Source: Acidobacteriota bacterium (GTDB lineage Bacteria; Acidobacteriota; Polarisedimenticolia; J045). From it: a DNA stretch of 64,000 bases. Made by a program: the position numbers and the translations under genes. The notes beneath the pieces were generated by a model that searched no databases, was not told the DNA's origin, and saw only the letters and a program-made list of their open reading frames with translations. Positions 1-8,161 of the stretch are shown here, one piece after another. Position 1 is the first letter of the stretch; each line of letters begins with the position of its first letter. The stretch is taken from positions 8,788 to 72,787 of the forward strand of contig JAXLQU010000020.1 in assembly GCA_046331425.1 (NCBI GenBank), written 5' to 3'.

Positions 1-136
1 GGTGCTCGCCAAGCTCGGAAAGAAGTCCGAAGCGATCACGGTCGCCCAGCAATCGCAGAACTTGGGTAAGGGGAACGAGACCTACGCGTTCTTCAGCGCT
101 CAAATCGCCAAAGCGATCGAGGACTGGAAGAAGTAG
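1..136 (+). CDS. 3' end of a CDS truncated by the window edge (VLAKLGKKSEAITVAQQSQ...AIEDWKK*), helical TPR-like tail
   Basis: Open frame 2..136 ending in TAG, 13 bp before bshC; product not identifiable. Confidence 0.6.
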   Translation, partial: VLAKLGKKSEAITVAQQSQNLGKGNETYAFFSAQIAKAIEDWKK

Positions 137-149
137 GCGAGCCACACGG

Positions 150-1739
150 GTGTCTTCCAGTCTGTTCCAAGCGTACGTAACGGGTGAGGCTCGACGATTC
201 TTCGGGCCTCATCCGTTTTCTGTCGACGAGCGCCGCGCAGCAGTCCGCCGAGCGGTGCGTCCACTCGAGGCAGCCGTCGCGAGTGGTCTCACGACCCAGA
301 ACGCGCGATACGCATCGAGCGCCGCGCGCGAGGCACACCTCGATGCGCTCCGATCGGGCGCTGCTGCGGTCGTCACCGGACAACAAGTCGGACTGTTCCT
401 CGGACCGCTCTACACCATCTACAAGGCGGCGACCGCCGTGCGTGTCGCGCAGTCGTTGTCGCAAGAGTCGGGGCAGCCCGTGGTTCCGATCTTCTGGCTG
501 CAAACCGAAGATCACGATCTGGTCGAGATCGCGAGTTGTGCTGTCTCCCATGGCCAGGCCGAGACGCTCACGCTCTCGCTGCCTGCCGACCCGCATCAGC
601 GCGTTTCGATCGCGCATCACTCACTCCCTGCGTCGGTGATCGAGCAACTTTCCGTACTGCGCACGGCTCTCGCGCACTTGCCTCATGCCAACACTCACCT
701 CGAGCGACTCGAGCGTCACTATCGAGCGGGCGTTGGATGGGCGGATGCGTTCGCGCACGTGCTTGCGGAACTGTTCGCAGACGACGGTCTGGTACTGATC
801 GATCCGCGTGATCGCGCGTTCGGCGTAGCTGCGGCGCGGGTCCACCGAACAGCGCTGCGAAACGCCAGCCCAATCGCGGACGCCTTGGCGCAGCGTGTCT
901 TGGAACTCGAGGCGGCCGGATACGAGGCTGCGATCGCTGTGCGCCCGAAAGCGCCACTCGCGTTCTTCCATCCGCTCGGCGCCACCGGAGCACGCTATCG
1001 ACTCGAACCGGCCGCGGGCCGATTCGCCGAAGTCGGCGGCAACAGCGTGCACTCTCTCGAGGAACTGTGTGCGGCACTCGATGCCGACCCGCTGAGCTTC
1101 AGCACCAGCGCGCTGCTGAGACCGATCCTGCAGGACACGTTGCTTCCGACCGCCGCCTATGTCGGCGGCCCAGGCGAGGTTGCCTACTTCGCGCAGATGG
1201 CGCCGCTGTACGCTGCGTTCGATCTCGCCATGCCGCTGGTGGTTCCACGGGCGCGGTTTCGGGTTGTCGACGATCGCGCGCGCCGGCTGCTGGAACGCTG
1301 GAGACTCACGCCCGCCGATGCAGAACGATCGGAAGATGCATTGCTCGCGCACTGCCATGCGTTGTCGGGTAAGGCCGTCGCAACCGACTCGCTCGAGCAG
1401 GCGCTGCTCACGCCGTTTTGCACCGCACTCGAGCAACTCACGCCGCAACTCGTCAGCGCCGGTCCGGGGGTCGACGTGGCGATCGAGAAGACACGAGACA
1501 GGGTCAAGTCCGACGTGTCCAAGTTGCTCGCCAAGTACCAGAAGGCCTCGATCCATCGCGATGCGGTGATGGTCGATGAAGTGCGCCGGCTGAGGCGACT
1601 TTTGTTTCCCGAGAACAGACCTCAAGAGCGCACCTACGGACTGGCGTCGTTCGCCGCACGATTCGGAGAGCGCGCCTTCATCGACAAAGTGCTTGCGAGC
1701 GTCGTGCCGTTCGATGCTGCGATAAGGGATCTTGCATGA
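150..1739 (+). CDS. bshC: Bacillithiol biosynthesis cysteine-adding enzyme BshC
   Basis: Motifs VVTGQQVGLFLGPLYTIYKA, PIFWLQTEDHD, YVGGPGEVAYFAQ and C-terminal PQER; adjacent to bshB1/bshA. Confidence 0.93.
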   Translation: MSSSLFQAYVTGEARRFFGPHPFSVDERRAAVRRAVRPLEAAVASGLTTQNARYASSAAREAHLDALRSGAAAVVTGQQVGLFLGPLYTIYKAATAVRVAQSLSQESGQPVVPIFWLQTEDHDLVEIASCAVSHGQAETLTLSLPADPHQRVSIAHHSLPASVIEQLSVLRTALAHLPHANTHLERLERHYRAGVGWADAFAHVLAELFADDGLVLIDPRDRAFGVAAARVHRTALRNASPIADALAQRVLELEAAGYEAAIAVRPKAPLAFFHPLGATGARYRLEPAAGRFAEVGGNSVHSLEELCAALDADPLSFSTSALLRPILQDTLLPTAAYVGGPGEVAYFAQMAPLYAAFDLAMPLVVPRARFRVVDDRARRLLERWRLTPADAERSEDALLAHCHALSGKAVATDSLEQALLTPFCTALEQLTPQLVSAGPGVDVAIEKTRDRVKSDVSKLLAKYQKASIHRDAVMVDEVRRLRRLLFPENRPQERTYGLASFAARFGERAFIDKVLASVVPFDAAIRDLA

Positions 1740-1790
1740 GCGACTTCGGAGTCGGCATCACCGTGGGGCATCTTGCATGAGCGACTTCGG
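1729..1790 (+). repeat. 21-bp direct repeat ATCTTGCATGAGCGACTTCGG (1729-1749 and 1770-1790, period 41 bp) at the bshC/bshB1 junction
   Basis: Two exact copies read directly from the sequence. Confidence 0.95.
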
Positions 1791-2538
1791 TATCGACGTG
1801 CTTGCCTTTGGCGCTCACCCGGATGATGTCGAGCTGTTCTGCGGGGGCACGATGATTCGGCTCGCCGACCTCGGTCATAGCACCGGCATCGTCGATCTCA
1901 CGCGTGGCGAGCGGGCCAGTCATGGAACGCCCGAGCAGCGGGCGATCGAAACCGCCAACGCCAGCCGTGTGCTCGGCCTGCGACATCGCGAGAACGTGGA
2001 ACTTCCGGACACCGGCCTCGACCCCGCGTCACGGCCGCAACTCACCAAGGTGGTCGAGGTGTTGCGACGGCTGCGACCCGAGATCGTGCTCGTGCCGTGG
2101 ACCGAGGAACGACACCCCGATCACGCCGCCGCAGGCGAGTTGCTGCTACGCGCCGTGTACTACAGCGGTGTGCGTCAGTTCGAGTGCAGTCCGCCAGCCG
2201 ATCGATTCGTGCCGCGACAGCTTCTGCACTACCCGATGCGTTATCGCATCGCCCCCAGTTTCATCATCGACACCTCAGATGCCGCCGAGCGAAAGCTGCA
2301 GGCGATCGCCTGCTACATCAGCCAGATCACTCGCCAACCGGGCGATGATCCAACGCTCATCAGCTCGCACCGCGCCATGGCGGCGATCGAGGCGCGCGAT
2401 CGCTACTACGGCAGCATGATCGGCGTCGCTCAGGGGGAACCGCTGCGCACCGTCGCAACGCCAGGGTTGGTCGATCTGGTGAAGCAGTTCCGCGACAACC
2501 CATTCTCCGACGCGCACGCCTTCGAGCCACTGCGGTGA
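1777..2538 (+). CDS. bshB1: N-acetyl-alpha-D-glucosaminyl L-malate deacetylase BshB1 (PIG-L family)
   Basis: DVLAFGAHPDDVE, DLTRGE and HPDH motifs; lies between bshC and bshA; start placed at ATG 1777 rather than the ORF-track 1732. Confidence 0.9.
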   Translation: MSDFGIDVLAFGAHPDDVELFCGGTMIRLADLGHSTGIVDLTRGERASHGTPEQRAIETANASRVLGLRHRENVELPDTGLDPASRPQLTKVVEVLRRLRPEIVLVPWTEERHPDHAAAGELLLRAVYYSGVRQFECSPPADRFVPRQLLHYPMRYRIAPSFIIDTSDAAERKLQAIACYISQITRQPGDDPTLISSHRAMAAIEARDRYYGSMIGVAQGEPLRTVATPGLVDLVKQFRDNPFSDAHAFEPLR

Positions 2539-3713
2539 GCCGACCGCTCTCGATCGGCATCGTCTGTTTCCCGACTTTGGGGGGCAGTGGAGTCGTCGCC
2601 TCCGAGTTGGCCGCAGGACTTGCGCAGCGCGGACACGCGATTCACCTCATTGCGAGCGCGCATCCGATTCGCGAGTTCGCGCCCTCGTCCAAGGAAACGT
2701 TCCACGAAGTGCAAGTGCCAACCTATCCATTGTTGGAACACGCGCCGTACGCGCTGGCAGTTGCCTCCAAGATCGTCGACGTCGCGCAAGCTCACGGGCT
2801 CGACCTGCTGCAAGTGCATTACGCGGTGCCGCATGCCGCCAGCGCGCTGCTTGCACGGCAGGTGCTTGGCCGTGCGGCCCCAGCGCTGGTCACGTCGTTG
2901 CATGGCACCGATGTCACCAAGGTCGGCGCTCATCCCGCCTATCGTGCGGTCACGGCGTTCGCTGTCGCCGGCTCCGATGGAATTACGGTTCCCTCCGACT
3001 TTCTGCGTCGCGAGGCGCGCGCGCAACTTGGGATCGCGGACACACACGCCATCGATGTGCTGCCCAACTTCGTCGACACCGATCACTTCGTACCGGCCGC
3101 CATCCGCGATCGCTCGCAACTCGCCTCGCTGTTTGCGCCCGGCGCGCACGCGAGCAACGGCCCGTACCTCATGCATGTCTCCAACTTTCGCGAGGTCAAG
3201 CGCGTCGGCGATTTGATGGAAGTTCTCGTGCGCGTTCGGCGCCACCTGCCGGCACGACTCGTGTTGGTCGGCGACGGGCCGACGCGCGAGCTTTCAGTGA
3301 GTCGCGCCAACGCACTGGGTGTTACCGATGCCGTACGATTCCTCGGCCGACGCGCCGAATTCGTGCAATTGCTCCAACATGCCGACGGCTTCTTGCTCCC
3401 CAGCGAGTCGGAGAGCTTTGGAGTGGCTGCACTCGAAGCACTCAGCACCGGCGTTCCGGTCTTTGCGTACCACGTGGGCGGGTTGCCAGACGTGGTTGTC
3501 GATGGTGTCGGCTGTCTCGTCACCCCCTTCGATCTCGACGCCTTGGCGCAGGCGGTGATCGACGTCCTTATCAACCCTGAGCGACACGCTGCGATGGGCC
3601 GGGCCGCACGCGCACACGCTGTCGCCACATTCGGCGAGCAGCCGGCACTCGATCGATACGAACACTACTTCCGGCAGGTGATCGCCCGCCGTCAGACCGA
3701 GACGACATCATGA
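2535..3713 (+). CDS. bshA: N-acetyl-alpha-D-glucosaminyl L-malate synthase BshA (GT4)
   Basis: IGIVCFPTLGGSGVVASEL, HYAVPHA, TSLHGTDVT, HVSNFREVKR and ESFGVAALEA motifs; GTGA overlap with the bshB1 stop. Confidence 0.93.
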   Translation: MSRPLSIGIVCFPTLGGSGVVASELAAGLAQRGHAIHLIASAHPIREFAPSSKETFHEVQVPTYPLLEHAPYALAVASKIVDVAQAHGLDLLQVHYAVPHAASALLARQVLGRAAPALVTSLHGTDVTKVGAHPAYRAVTAFAVAGSDGITVPSDFLRREARAQLGIADTHAIDVLPNFVDTDHFVPAAIRDRSQLASLFAPGAHASNGPYLMHVSNFREVKRVGDLMEVLVRVRRHLPARLVLVGDGPTRELSVSRANALGVTDAVRFLGRRAEFVQLLQHADGFLLPSESESFGVAALEALSTGVPVFAYHVGGLPDVVVDGVGCLVTPFDLDALAQAVIDVLINPERHAAMGRAARAHAVATFGEQPALDRYEHYFRQVIARRQTETTS

Positions 3714-6175
3714 AGAGATTTGCCCTTGCCTTTGCAATCATGAGCGCAGCCGCCACCGGCGCGGTGGCGTTGGAGTCCGGCATGAATGCAGGAGCCTTGG
3801 CGCACGAGCTCGATCGTGTCGCAAACACCACCCGCGTGTTGTACGTCGCCGCGCATCCCGACGACGAGAACACACGACTGCTTGGGTATCTCGCCAACAA
3901 CCGCCACATGCTGGCTGCGTATCTTTCGATGACGCGTGGCGGTGGCGGGCAAAACCTGATCGGTTCGGAGCAAGGTGTTCTGCTCGACGTGATTCGCAAC
4001 GAGGAACTGCTCGCGGCGCGGCGTATCGACGGCGCGGTGCAGCGCTTCACGCGGATGCGCGACTTCGGCTATTCCAAGTCGGCCGCCGAGACCTTGGCGA
4101 TTTGGAATCATGACGAAGCGCTGGCCGACGTGGTCTGGGCGATTCGCTCGTTTCAACCCGACATCGTGATCGCCCGCTTCGATGAAGATCCGCCCAATCA
4201 CGGGCACCACACGGCATCGGCGATTCTTGCGCGCGAAGCGTTTACCGCCGCCGCGGACCCCAAGCGATTTCCCGAGCAACTCAAAAGCGGCGTGATACCT
4301 TGGCAAGCCGCTCGGCTGCTGCGCAACATTTCGTCGTGGAGCGATGAACCGCCGCCACCCGAAGCGATCGCCTTGCAGGTCGGCGACTACGACGTGCGAC
4401 TCGGTGTCAGCTACGGCGAGTTGGCGGCCCAATCGCGCAGTCAACACAAGAGCCAAGGCTTCGGTGTTTCAGGGTCGCGCTCCCCTTCTGTGGAACGTTT
4501 CCTATGGTTGGCCGGCACGAAGCCACAATCCGACATTTTTGAAGGGCTGGACTCCACCTGGGGTCGCTTCGGCGCGCCGGCCGCAGCGCTCGAGAAGGCA
4601 CTCGACGAGGCGCGCGCAACGCTCGAGCGCGATCGTCCCGAGCGCGCCCTCCCGGCTCTGCTCGCCGCGCATCGCGCCTTCGACCCGCTGCCCGACGAAC
4701 CTCGTGTGCGTGACGCCAAGCAGCGTCTCGATCGCCTGATTTGTGTTGCCGCCGGTGTGTTCGCACGCGCGACAGCCGAGAAGCCGGTTGCTGTTCCTGG
4801 CAGCGACGTGAAGCTGAGCATCGAGGTGGTGATGCGTCAGCCCGCGTCGATCACTTTGCAACGGCTGCTGCTGCCACAAGGGCCGGCGATCGATGTTGGC
4901 GCCGCGCTGGTGCCCGGCACGCCAAAGGTGCTCGAACAAAGGCTCACCATTCCAGGCGATGCCGCCATCACCACTCCGTTCTGGTTGGCGTCGACACCGC
5001 AAGCGGGGCACTACGTCGTCGCCAACCAACGACTGGTCGCCGAGCCAAGCACGCCGCCGGCCGTCGCCGTTGAACTTCAGTTCACGATCGGCGATCGACA
5101 GATCGTGCTGCACGAGCCGGTGCTTCATTCGTGGACAGACCCAGTGCAAGGCGAGCGGTTGAGACCGTTGATGATCGTGCCGCCCGCCACCGTGACACCG
5201 ACGCGCGAGGCCGTGATGTTCCCCAACGGAAGAAGCACGACGGTATCGCTACGCGTGCGCACCGGGCGCGACGATCTGAAGGGTGACTTGAGCTTGCCGA
5301 TGCCGGCAGGCTGGAAAGTCGAGCCGGCATCACAGCCGGTAACGTTGGCGAAGGTTGGCGACGAAGCGACGCTCGAGTTCACCGTCACGCCGCCTGCCGA
5401 CGCCAAGGCGGTCGCCGCTACGCCGGTCTTCACGAGCGACGGCCGCAACTGGTCGTATCGCGAAGACCGCATCGACTACCCGCACATCCCGTTTCAGCTC
5501 GTGCTTCAACCCGCCGCGCTGAGACTCGTTCCCCTCGCGCTGAACCTCCCCAAGGGGACCATCGGCTACATTCGCGGTTCGGGCGATAGCGTCGCCGACG
5601 ATCTCGCGCACGTCGGCTTGCATGTCGAGATGCTCGACGACGAGGCGCTGCGAAGCGGCGATCTCGGTCGCTTTGCCGCGATCGTTGTCGGCATTCGCGC
5701 CTACAACACGCGCGACGTCGTGCGCGCTGCGCATGCGCGCCTGATGAAGTATGTCGAGGCCGGTGGCACGGTCGTGGTGCAGTACAACACGAACAATCGG
5801 CTTTCCTCGTTGGACGGATCACTCGGTCCGTTTCCGCTCGAGATCGGGCGCGATCGCGTCACCGACGAGAAGGCGATCATGACCACCTTGATACCCGATC
5901 ACCCTGTGTTGAACAGGCCCAACAAGATCTCCACCGCCGACTTCGAGGGCTGGGTTCAAGAGCGCGGCATCTACTTCGCCCTCAAGTGGGATCCGCGCTA
6001 CAAGCCGCTGTTCTCGGCAGCCGATCCCGACGAGAAGCCGACGCAGGGAAGCACGCTGATCGCGGAGTACGGCAAGGGGCGATACGTCTACACGGGGCTG
6101 GCGTTCTTCCGGCAGTTGCCTGCCGGCGTGCCCGGTGCCTATCGCCTGTTCGTCAACTTGATTGCCGGACAATAG
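3710..6175 (+). CDS. Exported LmbE/PIG-L family deacetylase with NEW3-like Ig domain and C-terminal class I GATase-like domain
   Basis: Signal peptide MKRFALAFAIMSAAATGAVA; AHPDDE, DFGYSK and HGHH metal motifs; C-terminal GLAFFRQLPAGVPGAYRLFVNL; ATGA overlap with bshA. Confidence 0.85.
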   Translation: MKRFALAFAIMSAAATGAVALESGMNAGALAHELDRVANTTRVLYVAAHPDDENTRLLGYLANNRHMLAAYLSMTRGGGGQNLIGSEQGVLLDVIRNEELLAARRIDGAVQRFTRMRDFGYSKSAAETLAIWNHDEALADVVWAIRSFQPDIVIARFDEDPPNHGHHTASAILAREAFTAAADPKRFPEQLKSGVIPWQAARLLRNISSWSDEPPPPEAIALQVGDYDVRLGVSYGELAAQSRSQHKSQGFGVSGSRSPSVERFLWLAGTKPQSDIFEGLDSTWGRFGAPAAALEKALDEARATLERDRPERALPALLAAHRAFDPLPDEPRVRDAKQRLDRLICVAAGVFARATAEKPVAVPGSDVKLSIEVVMRQPASITLQRLLLPQGPAIDVGAALVPGTPKVLEQRLTIPGDAAITTPFWLASTPQAGHYVVANQRLVAEPSTPPAVAVELQFTIGDRQIVLHEPVLHSWTDPVQGERLRPLMIVPPATVTPTREAVMFPNGRSTTVSLRVRTGRDDLKGDLSLPMPAGWKVEPASQPVTLAKVGDEATLEFTVTPPADAKAVAATPVFTSDGRNWSYREDRIDYPHIPFQLVLQPAALRLVPLALNLPKGTIGYIRGSGDSVADDLAHVGLHVEMLDDEALRSGDLGRFAAIVVGIRAYNTRDVVRAAHARLMKYVEAGGTVVVQYNTNNRLSSLDGSLGPFPLEIGRDRVTDEKAIMTTLIPDHPVLNRPNKISTADFEGWVQERGIYFALKWDPRYKPLFSAADPDEKPTQGSTLIAEYGKGRYVYTGLAFFRQLPAGVPGAYRLFVNLIAGQ

Positions 6176-6178
6176 CTC

Positions 6179-6322
6179 GTGGACGTACGACAACAGGCAA
6201 TCCCAGCAACGGAAGAGCCGCCACCGGTGGTGAAACACTGGCGCACTGTCTATCTGCTGGTCGTCGCCGAACTCGCGCTGTTGGTGTTGCTGTTTTGTCT
6301 GCTGAAGCAGTGGGCGTCGTGA
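6179..6322 (+). CDS. 47-aa single-TM small protein (MDVRQQAIPATEEPPPVVKHWRTVYLLVVAELALLVLLFCLLKQWAS), not in the ORF track
   Basis: GTG 6179 to TGA 6322; fills the gap exactly; GTGA overlap with the symporter start; one hydrophobic helix. Confidence 0.7.
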   Translation: MDVRQQAIPATEEPPPVVKHWRTVYLLVVAELALLVLLFCLLKQWAS

Positions 6323-8007
6323 CCGCTCTCGACTGGTTCGTGCTGATCGGCACGTTGGCCTTCATTGCGATCTACGGAGCTTGGAAGTCGCGCGATGTGC
6401 GCACTGTCGACGACTACATGCGCGGCGGCAACACGCTCCACTGGCCGACCATCGGCCTGAGCATCATGGCGACGCAGGCCAGCGCCATCACGTTCCTCTC
6501 GACGCCCGGTCAAGCCTACGAAGACGGCATGCGCTTCGTGCAGTTCTACTTCGGGCTGCCGCTGGCGATGATCGTGATTGCTGCCGTGTTTGTGCCGATC
6601 TATCACCGGCTGAAGGTCTACACCGCATACGAGTACCTCGAGCATCGCTTCGATCATCGGGTGCGCTACCTGGGAGCGGTGCTGTTTTTGATCCAGCGCG
6701 GCCTTGCGGCCGGAATCACGATCTATGCGCCGTCGATCATTCTCAGCACTCTGATGGGCTGGCCGTTGCATCTGACCAACGTCGCAATGGGGTTGTTCGT
6801 GGTCGCCTACACCGTTTCAGGCGGCACCCGCGCGGTGAGTCACACGCAGAAGCAACAGATGATCGTGATGCTCGGCGGGATGGCGCTTGCCGGTGTGGTG
6901 ATTGCGTACAACCTGCCCGAGTCGGTGTCGTTGCCGAGCGCCGTGAAACTCGCCGGCGCACTCGGTCGCATGAATGTGGTCAGCTTCGACTTGGATTTCA
7001 GCAATCGGTACAACTTCTGGTCCGGTATCACCGGCGGGTTCTTTCTGGCGTTGGCCTACTTCGGCACCGACCAATCGCAGGTGCAGCGGTACCTCGCCGG
7101 GCGATCGGTAGGCGAGATCCGTTTGGGCCTGCTCTTCAACGGTCTGTTCAAGATCCCGATGCAGTTCGGCATCCTGTTCATCGGCGTGCTGGTCTTCGTG
7201 TTCTACCTGTTCAACGCGCCGCCGCTGTTCTTCAACAAACCCACGCTCGATCTCGTCGCACAGACGACGCACGCGGCCGAGCTCCAGTCGCTGGAGCAAC
7301 GATTCGGCGAGGCGTTCACCCTGCAGAAGGATGCGGCGAGCGCGTATGTAGCGACGCTGCGGTCGGGTCAGGGCGAGGACGCCGCAAAGTTGGCGCTACA
7401 AGATGCGTTCAAGCAGACCCAGGCATTGAGGCAGGAGGCAAAGGCGCTCGTCGCCGACGCGCTTCCGGGCAAAGAGACCAAGGACACCGACTACGTCTTC
7501 ATCTCGTTCGTCCTGAAATACCTGCCGCACGGCTTGGTTGGACTGTTGATCGCGGTGATCCTGTGTGCCGCGATGAGTTCAACGTCGAGCGAACTGGCTG
7601 CACTCGGGTCGACCAGCATGATCGACTTGTACAAGCGGCTTGGCTCTGGCTCAGCCGCGACGGTCGAGACCTCCGCATCGGATCTTCGAATCTCCAAGCT
7701 GTTCACGGTGCTGTGGGGATTTGCGGCTGTCGCATTCGCCACGTTCGCCTCGCTTGTCGACAACTTGATTCAAGCGGTGAACATCTTGGGTTCGATTTTC
7801 TACGGAACGCTTCTAGGGCTGTTTGTGGTGGCCTTCTTCTTGCGTCGCGTGACGGCCACACCGGTACTGGTTGCAGCGCTGATCGCGCAAGCTGCGGTGA
7901 TCGTGCTGTTCTTCAGCTCCGACCTCGGATTTTTGTGGTTCAACGTGGTCGGCTGCGGAATCGTCGTGGTGCTGTCGTCAGTCTTCGAGGCAATGCGGCG
8001 GAGGTGA
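6319..8007 (+). CDS. Sodium:solute symporter (SSS family)
   Basis: Starts MTALDWFVLIG (GTG 6319); SIMATQASAITFLSTPGQAY, YFGTDQSQVQRYL and AAMSSTSSEL motifs; many TM helices. Confidence 0.9.
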   Translation: MTALDWFVLIGTLAFIAIYGAWKSRDVRTVDDYMRGGNTLHWPTIGLSIMATQASAITFLSTPGQAYEDGMRFVQFYFGLPLAMIVIAAVFVPIYHRLKVYTAYEYLEHRFDHRVRYLGAVLFLIQRGLAAGITIYAPSIILSTLMGWPLHLTNVAMGLFVVAYTVSGGTRAVSHTQKQQMIVMLGGMALAGVVIAYNLPESVSLPSAVKLAGALGRMNVVSFDLDFSNRYNFWSGITGGFFLALAYFGTDQSQVQRYLAGRSVGEIRLGLLFNGLFKIPMQFGILFIGVLVFVFYLFNAPPLFFNKPTLDLVAQTTHAAELQSLEQRFGEAFTLQKDAASAYVATLRSGQGEDAAKLALQDAFKQTQALRQEAKALVADALPGKETKDTDYVFISFVLKYLPHGLVGLLIAVILCAAMSSTSSELAALGSTSMIDLYKRLGSGSAATVETSASDLRISKLFTVLWGFAAVAFATFASLVDNLIQAVNILGSIFYGTLLGLFVVAFFLRRVTATPVLVAALIAQAAVIVLFFSSDLGFLWFNVVGCGIVVVLSSVFEAMRRR

Positions 8008-8161
8008 GCCGCGAGCGTTGCAGTGGTCACGATCGACCTCGGTGTGCTGCACTCGTCAACTGCTCGGCGATCACTGTCTCCGCAACCAGCGATCAGAGGT
8101 GCACGACTCTGCACTCGGAGCGCACTCTGGATCGTTCTTCGCTAGCTTCAGTTCAACCGAG

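Noticed and set aside
5986-6318. ORF-track N-terminal extension of the symporter (673 aa)
   Set aside because: It overlaps the LmbE C-terminus and the 47-aa peptide; the family-like start is GTG 6319
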